Shown: positions 22,567 through 36,086, counted from the stretch's first letter. The stretch is 38,509 bases of DNA from Bugula neritina (GCA_964035545.1 CAXIUT010000219.1:1-38509); one strand, 5' to 3'. The notes: generated from the letters alone by a model not told the origin. Program-made: numbers and translations.

Positions 22567-23613
22567 TCAGTTATCAGAATGCAGATGTCTGATCACTTGA
22601 TATAGTCCTCGATATGAAGCCAAATTTTATTGTACTTTCTTCAAATTTAACAAAGCTTTCTTACTACGATTTATCACACTTTATACCTGATAAAGTTCTT
22701 CTAGTCCATTTTGAGAAAGACATCTCTTCAAGACCATTTTCGAAGTAGAAGCTTCTTTATTTTTTTATCTGAGACTCACTTCTCTTTGACTTTTCATTGA
22801 TACTATTGATTGGAAGGTATTGAAGCTGGCGCCAGATTATCTAGTAGAGGCTCTGTTTCTTTTATGGATTTGATTGATTTCTGAAAGTTATCTACTTAGA
22901 GATGATAATTTTCTATCTTGGAGTAGTTGCTGGGTACTTAATTTTCTATCTTTTGGAAGAAAGAATCCAGTAGGTTGACTATCTCTTCTGTTTTTTTATC
23001 CTTTGTGTGGAAATAATTTAACTCTATTTTTGAAGGTCCGCTGAGAAGTACTTTAAAAAGTGGTATTAAGTTGATTATTATTCTCCTGATTGACAATAGT
23101 ATCCAAATAATGCATCGATTGAACATTAAATAGTTGTACAGATCTTTCTAACATATTTCTATCATTGCTGATGCTGAAGTCAGGAAGCGGTAGATAGTAT
23201 TTAAGTGTGCTGATGTTTTAGTTGATGACTACTCCGCAGCGTTGAGGATTGAAGTTGGTCAGAATGGAGTTTTTTGCAAAGTAAATAGCTAGTTAGATGA
23301 ACTGTCGATGGAGATCTTTGACTGTTTGTGATGGGTTTTCTGAGAAAGAATCTTCTAGAGAGTATGGGATATATTGGTAGAGAAGAGATATAGAGGAAGA
23401 GGTTTATTCTGTACTTCTCAAGTTGATGGTATTTTTATGGGAAATGCTTTTGAGTTTATCTATTTTTTACATTAGTAGTTCAAACTCATCTTGATCTTTG
23501 AAATGATATCTTTTCTTAACAAATGATTTTCTGAGTTGTGTTTCTTCTATTTTAAGGACACCGAATGGAAATTGGATGCCTTTCATCTCATGGACGAGAG
23601 TGGAACTTGCCAT
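22567..23613 (-). CDS. Hypothetical protein, 348 aa, possible degenerate kinase N-lobe
   Basis: Uninterrupted frame; FVKK..E..LKSISHKNTINL..LLYQYIPYSLED resembles kinase subdomains II-V; no HRD or DFG. Confidence 0.65.
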
Positions 23614-23721
23614 ACAATATAATATAATTAATTGCTTAATCATTTGAATGATTACTAATCAATCAATACCAAATATTAGTTGTTCAATTTGATGAATAAA
23701 TGATCTTATCAATTTAGCTAA

Positions 23722-23826
23722 GGGGTTGGGGTTGGGGTTGGGGTTGGGGTTGGGGTTGGGGTTGGGGTTGGGGTTGGGGTTGGGGTTGGGGTTGGGGTTG
23801 GGGTTGGGGTTGGGGTTGGGGTTGGG
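23722..23826 (+). repeat. Internal telomeric tract (GGGGTT)n, 105 nt
   Basis: Perfect G4T2 array about 108 nt upstream of the 23613 ATG. Confidence 0.95.
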
Positions 23827-24248
23827 TATTTTAGATTTATTTATCTTGATATTTATTTATTATTCAATTAAAAGCAATTTGTATTGCTCTTTTTTGTGTT
23901 TTATTTTACTAATATATTCTTTTAAACTTGAAAATAATCTTTCTATACTAAAATAAGTCAAAAATCACCTGAATTCTTTCTTTTTTAAATCATTTTTTTC
24001 TTATTGTGTTAATATTCTACCTTTTAATTCATTTTTATTATTTTTCTGAGCACATTCTATCAATTTATATTCAATTTCAGTCAAGGAGATTCTTTCTTAT
24101 CTCTAAAGGCTCTTTTGAATGTGATAGTAAATAATATGACTTTTATTTGGGTAGACCTATGCAATTCTTACCCTTTTTTGTGATAGTTCATTCTATTGAC
24201 AACGATAGAAGGTTTAATATTTAAAAATAATACCACTAATTTCAAAAA

Positions 24249-27200
24249 ATGCCTCCCCAATACCTTCTAATCACCTTACTAACTCTCATCATAACCTCAT
24301 CACCCCTTTCTCTCTGTTCAACTAGTTCAAACTCCAACTGTCTACCATGTCCAAGTCAATGCAAAACCTGTTCGACCCAATCATCATGTTCGACATGTTC
24401 TCTTGAATACTATCTTTCATCATCAGTAAGTGGAACATGTTCAGATTGTCCTTAGAATTGTGCTCAATGTACATCATCTTCAGTTTGTACTACCTGCAAC
24501 AATCCCTATGTTTTGAATGGTTCAAACTGCGATCTATGTACAGTATTGAATGCGGCTGCTTGTTCTGCTACGACTACAGCTTCTAGTTGTAAATCTGGAT
24601 ACTATCTTAATAGCGGTTCATGTTCTTCTTGTCTTCTAAATTGTGTTAGTTGTACTAGTGCTTTTGATTGTTCTTCATGTTCTGATGGATTCTATCTGAA
24701 TTCATCGATTCTTACCTGCAATACTTGTCCGACTGGGTGCAAAACGTGTAATCAATTTGTTCCTGCAACTTGTCTTAGTTGTAGTAATGGATATTATCTA
24801 TCAGGTAGTACATGTATTCAAACTACATGTAACATTACTAATTGTAATTATTGTTCATCAAATGGAGTTTGTCAGCAATGCGCTGCTTTGTACTATTGGA
24901 GTGGATCTTAGTGTGTTCAAGGAGCTAGTGTTAGTTGTTAAAATGGAGCTAGTGGACCTCTACCTAATAATTGTATCAATTCTTGTTCGGATTATTCAGA
25001 AATTAACAGTAATATATCAAATATCTTTGAATGTAGACTGTTTAGTAGTATCTATGTCTATCCAGTAGAATATCATCAAAAATATTACTATGCTTATAAT
25101 CATTTAAGCTAGCTCAACACTTTGACTTCAGGAAGTAACTCTTTAAGTGTTTAAGCTAATGGAGAGTATTCTTATCCTCTGGCTACTGCTTTGAGTTGGA
25201 GTTCATTGCCTAACTTTTACCGAATAGTTGTAAACATCAAATATATATCTGGTAGTCAGATCGGATTGACTTGGTTGGCCGCAACTCCAAGTAGCAATCA
25301 GACATAGAGTTCAACTTTATCTACTTCTTCCACAATAAACTCTGTTTCTTTGACTAGCAGTGTAGTCCATAGCAACAATTTGAAGATAACTCCAAATTAA
25401 ACTTTTTCTTTGATATAGTTATCACTCCGTTTATCTCGTTGTTCTTCTGGTTGCACAGTATGTCTAAACCAGCAATTATGCTAGCGTTGCGATAGTCCAA
25501 ATTACATGTTGAACTATATCTGTTTACCAAATTGCACAACATATGTTCATTTCAACGTCAACATGACTTGTCTATCATCTTGTCCTGACAACTACTACCA
25601 AACAACCAATTCATCATTAAAATATTGCTAATCTTGCGTTTCACCATGTTTGGATTGCGTCAATTCGACATTTTGTCTCAGTTGCGTCTCTGGCTATTAC
25701 TACTATAATTACAACTGTGCTACTAGTTGCCCTGATGGATACTATACTGACAATAGTAGCAATACTTGTAAAATATGTATTAGTCCTTGCAAAACATGTG
25801 GCAGTTAGAGTGTCTGTCTATCATGTTCTGTTGGCTTTTGGAATGGAAATAACTGTTCATCTAGCTGTGCTGATGGCTTTTTCGGTGATAGTACTAATAA
25901 TAATTGTTCTGCTTGTGATAGTAACTGTCTAACTTGCATCAATTCTGCTTCTAGTTGTACTAGTTGTAATTCCAGTTTGATTTACTATAATTCTCAGTGT
26001 TTGTCTGGTTGCCCTGATCGATATTATAACCTCAATGGAACTTGTCTTGAATGCCAACCTCCATGTTACACATGCACGAGTTCATCAACTTGCCTGGCCT
26101 GTGTCTACAACTATTTATCCAATGGAAGTTGTCTATCAACATGCCCGGATGGTAACTACGCAGATGAAGCTGGTTTGACTTGCCAATCATGCAATACATA
26201 ATGTAAAACGTGTTCATCATCGTATGAATGTTTGACTTGCAATTCTGGATGTTTATATTCTGGTAAGTGTCCGAGTGCATGCCCTTCGAGTAGTTTCTTT
26301 TCTCTTACTGATAATGCCACAAATACTTGTAGTTGTCAGCAATGTGTATATCCTTGTAGTACATGTTCTGATTCATCGACTTGTTTGACTTGTATTGATG
26401 GTTATCTCTACAATGGAAATTGTCAGGCTCAATGTCCTGCTAGTTACTATGCCAATACTAATGATGGAAGTTGTTCTTTGTGTAATGCGACCTTTACTGA
26501 TTGCCAGACTTGTACCATATCTGCTTGTAGTCAATGCAACAATGGACTATATCTGCACAGTGGTTCATGTATTAGCAGTTGTCCTACTCTATACTATGCC
26601 TCAGGACAAGAATGCGCCATCTGTGTGACGCCATGTCTAACATGCAGCGATCCAACGACCTGTCTATCATGCGTTTCTCCATATGCTCTCTTGAATGCAA
26701 ACTGCGTTACTGAGTGTTCAACTGGCCAAATCATTCAAACAGTAAGCAACATCTCTCGATGTGTTGACTGCACCTCGCCTTGTCTATCCTGTTCTACCAC
26801 AGTCACTAACTGCACATATTGCGTTTTTGGCTTCTACTTGTATAACTACGAATGTATAAGTAACTGTTCAGTTGTGGCTACTGTTAATACTTACTATTCT
26901 CAGGCTTCTACTCTTTCATGTGAACTTTGCTCATTTCCTTGCAATACTTGTCTATCATAAACCCAGTGTCTTTCATGTCGAGTGGGATACCTCAATCCTA
27001 GTGAATATACTTGTACTCAGTGTTCACTTGGTACTTATGCATCGAATAGCACATGCGTAAGTTGTCCATCTTCATGTTCTATATGCTACAGTGATACTTT
27101 TTGCACCAGTTGTTCAACAGGATATTTCTTATACCAGAACACATGTATAAATAACGAGACAACTTGCCAGGTAAATGGATACTATTTGAGTGGCCAGGTT

Positions 27201-30101
27201 TGCTATTCTTGTTTGCAACCTTGTGCCACATGTTGGGTTTCATCGAGTAATTGCACTACTTGTCTATCGGGATATATGTTCTTTTCACCTAATCAGTGTC
27301 TGATAGAATGTCCTTCAGGGTATTTCAGATCAAACAACCAATGCGTAACATGTTCTGCATAATGTCAAACATGCGTAACATCAAGTTCATACTGTCTAAC
27401 CTGTGCAACTTCATACTATCTCCTAATCTCAAACTCATCATGCATGACTACATGTCCATCTGGTACTTTTCTTTCGGGTAGCACTTGCTCGCTATGCCAG
27501 TATCCATGTCAAACATGCACATCTGAGACCATATGTTTGACTTGCATAACTGGAGTGTTGATTGGCACGTCATGCTATACTAGTTGTTTGAGCGGGTATT
27601 ATGCGAGTAATAATTTATGTCATCAGTGTACTTCGCCATGCAAGGAGTGTAGTGTTGCCGATAGTAATTGCACACAGTGTGTGAGTAATTATTGGCTATT
27701 GAATAATAGTTGTATTAGTACATGTCCATCTACTTATTTTGCTGAGTCGCAATCTCAGCAGTGTTTATCTTGTGTTGGTTTGTGCGGATAGTGTTCTAGT
27801 TATATCAATTGTACTAGTTGCAATTCTACTTTTATATATTTTTTTAATAGTGCTAACAATGTAGGCTAATGCGTTTCTAGTTGTCCAGTCAAGTACTATC
27901 TCAGTAATAACACATGCAATTTGTGCAGTAATTCTTGTTTGACTTGCTAGAATGGCAATAGTTGTCTGACTTGTGATGGAGGTCTGGTGCAAATGAATGG
28001 ATTGTGTTTGAGTAGTTGTCCAGCTGAAATGTATGCGTTTAATGGTGTTTGTGCTAATTGTTCTTTTCCTTGTGGAAATTGTACTGATTCTTATACTTGT
28101 ACTAGTTGTCCATCGACTTATCTTCTAGTTGGTGGTAGTTCTTGTGTTCCTGGTCCCAACTGCCCTTCAGGCTACTATCTACTCATCTATCAACCTAACT
28201 GCAACAAGTTGTGTCCGACTGGTTTCTATAACTTGGTAAATGGTACTTGCAATAACGTATCTTGTGGAGATCAGCATTTCATGGGCGCAGATATGCTTTG
28301 CTACACTACTTGTCCATCAGGATACAAAGCTAATAGTACTTATCACTGTGTTACTTGTTCAGATTGTACAGGATTGCAGTTTTCATTGACTTATAGCATT
28401 ATTAAAGACGACTTATATCTGTATTTGTCTTTTACTGAAATACCATATTACACAGGAACTCCTCAAATAACGCTATCACCTGCGCTTCCCTATCGATCCA
28501 TCAACTTTCCATCAGTACTGACAGGACGATTATTGGCTGCATTTACTGGATCTATCAATGTCACCTTTCAAATCACAAGTACAGAATCTATTCAAGCAAC
28601 ATATCTCACTGTGACATTCGGAAATCAACTAACCACCTTTACTAATCCTCTTCAAAAAGCTGATAGCACTCTTTACCTCGAAGGATATGACTACTACCCA
28701 ACAGATCTTCCTGATTTATCTGTTTTTGGAATACTAGCTTTGATAGTGGCTTTGATTGGACTTGCGAAGAACCCGTATATGTCGGATTTCGCTCAAATTC
28801 TATTTCTAATTGCACTTGTCAACTACCACTACCCAAAGCATCTGTCGTCTTTCCTCGAATCTACTTCAATCGCTCACCTGCATGGAATGATATCGATTGA
28901 CCAGCCTGACACTTTAGGCGAAGGTAAATTCATGTATTTGACTGGAACTGGATTTTTAGCTAATACTCTAACCAACTGGATCATCATAATTTCAATTCTA
29001 TGTGTTTCTTTGTTGATATATGGTATTTACAGACTGGTTAAGCATCGCATGGGATATTCTAAAGTCCAGGACTAAAGCAATAATTAGAACATCAGTTAGT
29101 AGAATTCTAAGTCAGCATAGCCATGTCTTCTTCCTGCTATGTAGTCTTTATTTGACAACTTCAAACTTAGTGTATTTAACAGACTGATATATTTCAACTA
29201 TACAATCATCAGTTTATTTACTTTGGTTCAACTGGCTAATTTCAATACCAGTGCTTCGATTAATATAGCATCTTCTTTGTTATCTATTTTGGTTGTTTTC
29301 TTGTTGATTTACTATCCGATTCATTTGAGAAAAGATAAACCTAAATATACATTTTTGTATATTAGAAAATTGCTTATCTGTGGTGCTGTTGTTCTGTCAT
29401 TAAAAGATGCCATTTATGCAATAGGCATCATGTCTGTTTGTAACCTTACTGCAGCGATCTTGATATTAACATATAAAATGGAAAAATATCGATATTAATC
29501 TAAATTTTTAGCTGGCTGCTAAATTACTCAACTTGTTATTCAAGCCTGTCTATCTTTCTTTATTATGATTGGAGAAGGCTATTCTACTGACTCGAAAGTT
29601 ACTCTATGCTATATTATCTTGGTTGGGATGTTGCTGCTGATGGGAGCTTATGTTATTGAAGCTGGAATGCAGTTTGTTTGTTTTGTGTATTTTAGATGTA
29701 AAGGTAAAGAGTTGAGATAGAAGTTTTTGCTTAATTCTTAAGAAGAAGAGGAAAGTAGTCATCATTCTGAGTCGGTTAATGGATCTATGAAGGCTAAAAC
29801 TGAAAAAGAAGAAGAATAAGTGAAAAAAGATGATAATATGGATCTTTTGATAGTTCAAGAGATCAAAGAGAAGATGGGAGAGGAACTTGCTCAAGATTTT
29901 AAAGCATTCAAGAGTTTGTAGAAATCACCTGATAAGAAGGGAACTTTTTGGGCATATTCTTAATCATAAAAAGACTAAAAAGAATCATAGAATGGTTAGA
30001 AGGGATAGAAGTAGAAAGCAGAACGTTCTCCACCAAAATTACTGGTGCGTTGTGTTAACGAATTCAGTGATGTAGACGTAAATGAGCAGATTTAGAAATG
30101 A
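24249..30101 (+). CDS. Furin-like Cys-rich repeat surface protein with multi-pass TM C-terminal region, 1950 aa, intronless
   Basis: Signal peptide; dozens of CxxC..CxxC..CPxGY[YF] repeats; eight supplied ORFs from 24249 to 29223 share one frame; several hydrophobic helices at ~28720-29700; acidic tail. Confidence 0.92.
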
Positions 30102-30198
30102 TTATGTTGATTGATATGATAATAGTTAGTATTACAGTTAATAGTTATTGATAGTTTAGATGAATGATTAAATAAAATAGTTTGAAGTGTTATAATAT

Positions 30199-30492
30199 AT
30201 GCCTCACTATCCCTCCGAAATAGAGTATTCAGAAAAGTACTTGGACGACTTCTACGAGTACAGACACGTTGTATTGCCCAAGGAAATCTACAAAAAGATC
30301 ACTAACAAAGGAAAATTGCTAAGTGAGAATGAATGGAGAGCTTTGGGAGTCCAACAGTCGAGAGGATGGATGCACTATGAAATTCATAAACCTGAACCTC
30401 ATATTCTGCTCTTCAGAAGACCCAAAGGAACTGACCCGACTACAGGTCTACCGCCTGCTAACTTCGTGGCTCCTCCTGATGCTTTCTGGTGA
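30199..30492 (+). CDS. CKS1: Cyclin-dependent kinase regulatory subunit (Cks1/Suc1)
   Basis: [55 protein letters not shown]. Confidence 0.98.
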   Translation: MPHYPSEIEYSEKYLDDFYEYRHVVLPKEIYKKITNKGKLLSENEWRALGVQQSRGWMHYEIHKPEPHILLFRRPKGTDPTTGLPPANFVAPPDAFW

Positions 30493-30643
30493 TTGATGGA
30501 TTGAAGTGATGTTTATGGGTTAATATAAGTCAGAATGTTTGATGAGATAAAGAGTTAATTTGATAAATGAGAAAACAAAAGATATTCTTAAACAAGATAT
30601 TCAAGAATATTTTAGTAAATAATCTAATTTTAATAAATGAATT

Positions 30644-32464
30644 ATGGTTAGTATTAGTTCAATCAACCTATTTTCTTTCACTTAGAAATGGCGAATAAAT
30701 AATAAAGAGTATATTAACCACAACTTCGGAGCATTTTGTACTATTATACTTTTTCTAGCTGTTGGAACAATCTTTGTATTTAAAATGATCGAAGTCAATA
30801 ATAGATCTACAATCACAGTATCTTCTCAAACAAATTATCATGATACGGGTTCTGTTATAGGTAGTATTTCTACTACTCAAAGTGACCCCAATTCGCAACC
30901 TTTCATGATAGCAGCTAAAAATATATCAATATTTAATCTTTCTGTTTCATTTTATGAAGTATAAACTAATAAATCAACTTAAGTGGCATTATAAAAGTGC
31001 AATTAATCACATTTTTCAAGATTTGAGAGAAATAATCCCACAGTTCAATATATAATAGAAAGTAATTATTCATGTTTGCCAGTAGATAGGAGTTTTTAAT
31101 TGGGAGATCAAATTAAATAATTTTCTAATAATTTAGATTTAATCTATTAATGCTTTTAAGGTCAATAAACTTGCTTGGAAATTCCTCTTGATGTTTATAT
31201 TACAACAGCCAATGTTAATCCCAATAACTTCTCTAACCCTTGGTTATATTCTTTAACAAGAAATTAGTTCTCATTTCGGTTTGGAGTTATACAATTTACT
31301 TAAATCAATATGATGAAAAATACTCTTAACTCCAATAATAATATCTTTCCTTTCCAAAATTTAAAGTAAGTTACGACAGGATTTTAAAAATCTTCAACGA
31401 ATAGCTTTATTGCTTAAGTTGGAGGAAGTCAAAAAATTATCTAAATAGGTATATCTTCAAAATAAGTGATTTATAACCGTAGCTTATACACTGTTATTGA
31501 TGCTCTTTCCTATGTGGGTGGTATTTTTAGTGCTCTTTTAGGAGCTTTTTTCTTTATGGGTATCTATGGAAGATTTGTTTATGAAATGATTTTTGCTTAA
31601 AAATACTTTAATAGCAAAGAAGCCAAGTCATCAGGGTTCTTTAGTTTCATCAGATTAGGCTTTTTCAACATCTGGACCTCAATAAAGTCTAAGCCTAACT
31701 GGAGTATTCCTCAAAAGCAACAGTAAATGAGAGATACCATCAACAAGGTGCTAGACGTAGTCTATCTACAAAGAAGAATAGAGTTCTTAGAAAGTTGTTT
31801 GACAGTTCTATTCTAGAAACACCAACTAAAAGGCTTAAGACTTGCAGATAGAGTCAATAGATAAGAAGCTGATCAAAGCTATAAAGAACATAAGTTTAGA
31901 AATGAATTACTGAAGTTTTTTAAAGATAAAGAGAAGGGAAAAGGCTAGCTAGATAATAAAACTAAAAAGAAGAACTAGACAAAGAGAGAATCAAAGATAT
32001 CCAAGCTGAATAGCTCTTTGAAGATGGAAGATAGTTTGGTTTAAAAGAACCAGATCTAGATTGAGTTAAGGCCTTCCAAGCTTGATAACTCTTCAAAGAT
32101 ATCTGATACAGATGAAAAGAAGTAAGCCTTGTTAGAAGGACTTGAGAAATCTGAAAGATAAAGTGTAAAATAAAAAATTATGAAAAAATAAATAACTGAA
32201 GACCTCAGTGAGATAGATCTAGAGTTTGATGAAGAAAAAAGATAAATGACAGATGAATAGGTAGAGGAAGAGATCAATTAAGACCTCAAGAAGCTATTCA
32301 AAGAAGCAAAGTAGAAAGACTCAAAAAGTGAAATAATCTATCAGAAAATTGACCTAAAAATCAGAAATAAAATAGAGTCTTAATTCAAAAAAGTAGAAAA
32401 TAAATAAAAATCCGATAAATCATAAAAGTTGTAAATATTAATCAACGATAACTCACAACTATGA
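30644..32464 (+). CDS. Two-TM membrane protein with Cys-containing extracellular loop, paralog A (606 aa)
   Basis: FGAFCTIILFLAVGTIF (TM1); YNRSLYTVIDALSYVGGIFSALLG (TM2); LDVVYLQRRIEFLE; pattern typical of an expanded ciliate TM family. Confidence 0.85.
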
Positions 32465-32586
32465 TCATCTCTTTAAAGATTTATTTATTTTCTTCGTATT
32501 ATGTATTTTTCTCCATTTAATTAGTATCACTAAATTTCATATTTGAGTTGTTTATTTAAATAAAAAATAAATTTGATAAATAATCA

Positions 32587-34326
32587 ATGCCAAGCCTTAG
32601 TTCTATTAGCCTTTTTTCTATAACTTAGAAATGGAGAATTAATGATAAAGCATCTATTGGACACAATTTTGGAGGATTTTGTACTCTTGTTCTCTTTGTC
32701 GTGATAGGAATAATCTTTGTAGACAAATTAATAGAAGTGAATAATAGGTCAAATATGCAAGTTACTGCTCAGACCATCTATCATGGTGCAGGAGATATTC
32801 TTAGTACTATTTCTACTACTCAAAATAATCAAAGCTCACAACCTTTTATGATTGCAATAAAAACATATAACATAGCATATAATTTTAGTGCTAGCTATAT
32901 TGACATATAAACTCATAAATACAAAGAAATAGTAATGGAGAATTGCAACTAGACACACTTCTCTCGATTTGATTCAAATGATCCAACAGTTCAAGCAATA
33001 ATAAGGTAAAGTTACTTATGCCTACCAATAAATATGGACTTTAAATTGGGAGACTCAATAAATCAGAGACCAAGTAGTCGTCTATCACTGGATGTAGAAT
33101 GTTTAATGGACTTTTAATTTTGCCTAACTTTGCCTTTTAAAATGTATATAAGTACAACTCATGTAAATCCTAATACCAACTTAGATCCTTGGATATATTC
33201 TTTAGAAAAAAATGTAGTCTAATTTCTAAACGAATCTCTACAATATAATTATTTAAGTATGATGAAAAATACTTTTAACTCAAATAACAATATCTTTCCC
33301 TTCCAAAATTAAAAGTAAGTTACAACAGGATACGAAATATTGACAACTAAAGAGTCTAGAATCCAAAGAGTAAGTAAAGCCATAGTAGTTTAAATAGGCA
33401 TAGCTCCTAAATAAGTTATTTATAATCGTAGCTTTTATACTGTTATTGATGCTCTTTCCTATGTAGGTGGTATCTTTAGTGCTCTTTTAGGAGCTTTTTT
33501 CTTTATGGGCATTTATGGAAGATTTGTTTATGAAATGATTTTCGCTCAGAAATACTTTAATAGCAAAGAAGCCAAGTCATCAGGGTTCTTTAGCTTCATC
33601 AGATTAGGCTTTTTCAACATCTGGACCTCAATAAAATCAAAGCCTAACTGGAATGTTCCTCAAAAGCAACAGTAAATGAGAGATACCATCAACAAAGTGC
33701 TAGATGTAGTCTATCTACAAAGAAGAATAGAGTTCTTAGAAAGTTGTTTGACAGTTCTATTCTAGAAACACCAACTAAAAGGCTTAAGACTTGCAGATAG
33801 AGTCAATAGATAAGAAGCTGATCAAAGCTATAAAGAACATAAGTTTAGAAATGAATTACTGAAGTTTTTTAAAGATAAAGAGAAGGGAAAAGGCTAGCTA
33901 GATAATAAAACTAAAAAGAAGAACTAGACAAAGAGAGAGTCAAAGATATCCAAGCTGCATAGCTCTTTGAAGATGGAAGATAGTCTGATTTAAAATCAAT
34001 AAGTTTTGTTTGAAGAATTTGAGAACTTATAAAGTAATAGATAAAAATAGGAAATAATAGAAGAATAAAAAATTTAAGATCTAAACCAGATTGATTTAGA
34101 AAATGATGAAGTAAAAAGGTAAATGACAAATGAAGAGATTTAGAAAAAGATCCACTAAGACCTCAAGAAGCTCTTCAAAGAAGCAAAGTAGAAAGACTCA
34201 AAAAGTTAAATAATCTATCATAAAATTAATCCTAGGATCAGAAATAAAATTGAGTCTTAGTTCAATAAATTAGAAAAATAATAAAAATCAGAAAAGTAAT
34301 AAATAATATTAATAAATGAAAGATGA
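32587..34326 (+). CDS. Two-TM membrane protein, paralog B (579 aa), tandem duplicate
   Basis: Collinear with paralog A (FGGFCTLVLF, YNRSFYTVIDALSYVGG). Confidence 0.85.
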
Positions 34327-34376
34327 ATTATGATTTCTTTTAGATATTTATAATTGATAGATCATAAATAATAACA

Positions 34377-35214
34377 ATGATTTATATTTCTGAGTAATAG
34401 CAGGCCCGTATCCGTCGCAAGATAAAGCTTCTTCCATCTTTCCTAAGAAGCAAAAAGATTGGAATAATATTCTTTTAAATAATCGGTACAGCGATTCTTT
34501 CATATGGAATATGTGTTGGTCGATATCTTCATCCAATCTAAGCCAAAATACTGAACCCATACTACGATTTCTTAATAAGTTGTTTTTTCTATTTCGCTTT
34601 ATCAGTTGCAGCTCCTTTTTCAGGAGGTCATCTTAACCCAGCTGTAACTCTATCTTTGAGTCGTTTGCATAAAGATATCAATGTAATAATCTATGTGGTT
34701 TCACAAATAATAGGAGCTCTTCTAGGAATTGGTATTGGTACTAATTGAAGTATAAAGCATATTTATTTTTTGGAGTAGTTCCTTTGATATATTACTAAGA
34801 AGTTAATTTTGGAGATTTAGGTCTAGATTGTCTCTCAGAAATATGTGGTACTTTCATTTTTGTACTTTTTATACTTGTGGTTACAGAAACTAACTATATG
34901 GCTGGATAGTATTTTAGATATTTGCTTATATCTTGTTTCCTTTTTGCTGGTAGAATGTACAATAGTTGCTATTTAGGTGCACCTTAAGAAAAGGATGTCT
35001 TAATCCAGCTATTGGCTTTATTATCCAGATCTTTGCAGTGATTATCAAGGGAAATGGAATGTTAATCGTGTATTGGTTAGCTTTGTTTGTGGGAGAAGTG
35101 ATGGGAGGATTGTTAGCTTTTTATTTTTTCAAAAATATCTATGGACCTTTGAAAGAGGCTTTGGCTTTGAAGAGTATGAAACATAGTTCTCTTGAATAAG
35201 AGGAATTACAATGA
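34377..35214 (+). CDS. Aquaporin/MIP family channel (introns 34738-34757, 34957-34976)
   Basis: FEIIGT, SGGHLNPAVT, SQIIGA, SEICGT, GCLNPAIG (two NPA motifs). Confidence 0.94.
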
Positions 35215-35292
35215 TTAAATAGAACGTTTGATATATTTTAATGATAAACCTTGAATAAATGGAATAACATTTATTGTAATTTTAAGAAACGG

Positions 35293-36086
35293 ATGAACGA
35301 ATCCAAAAACTAGATCAAGACTGATATGCGTGGTTAGGCCAATGTGGGAACTGGCAAGTTAGAAGGTCGACATTATCTCATAGAACAATAAGGCGACTGT
35401 CTCCAGAGCATCTTCTGTTGTTTTTGTGAAGGATAAAATGAGTATTCAATTTCTGAGTCTGATCCTAACTACAACGTGGCGAGTAAAAAAGGCTACATCA
35501 AGTAGTCATCTGATTGCCTTTCTAGAGTTTTTTGTGTTTGCAATCGTCCATTTTAAGCTAAAATGAGACTATTTAACCAAGAGATAGCTGTAGCTTATCG
35601 AAACTGCAAGTACTTCTTCTATAACAAAGATGTTGTTGGTAGTGGATGCCTTGCCTTTAAAATGAAGTATAGGTTAAAAATGCTGGGGGAAGGCAGTTGG
35701 GATCGTTGAAAGTTGGATGTTGGTGTTGTTCTGGTAGTTTTTTCGGATGCGCTGATGCCCAGATTCAGATAATAGGTGAAAATGATGAGCTAATGTACAC
35801 TATAGAGGGATCATATTGTCAAAAAAGTATATGTTTTCCTTGTTGTCGATGCTGTTACTGTCCGAATATTGAGTATACCATCTTTGACAACTTGAATTTG
35901 AAGGTGGGAAAGGTGACGAATATATACAATGGATGTTGTAGTTAGTTATTTTCGAGAGCGGATAAATTTGGATTGGAATTTCCTGTTAAATCAGACCAAG
36001 ACCAGAAGATTTTGATTACCTATGCAGTGATGTACCTAGACTATTTGAGATATGAGACACCCTATATATGTTTAGGTATTCGTTGA
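35293..36086 (+). CDS. Phospholipid scramblase family protein (intron 35610-35629; true start may be 35259)
   Basis: CEGENEY, KESSDCLSRVFCVCNRPF, Cys-rich stretches, ELFSRADKFGLEFP..QKILI. Confidence 0.88.

Noticed and set aside
23684-23693. TCAATTTGAT upstream of two telomere sites (also 38393-38402) as a chromosome breakage signal
   Set aside because: Distances to the telomere differ (28 vs 39 nt), it is absent at the other two sites, it is AT-rich, and both copies lie in promoters. I saw no Tetrahymena Cbs (TAAACCAACCTCTTT) near the sites.
23726-23956. Supplied ORF MGLGLGLG...
   Set aside because: It is a translation of the telomeric tract, not a gene
24249-28380. Repetitive Cys-codon pattern as a CRISPR-like or satellite array
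   Set aside because: These are protein-level furin-like repeats with no nucleotide repeat-spacer structure
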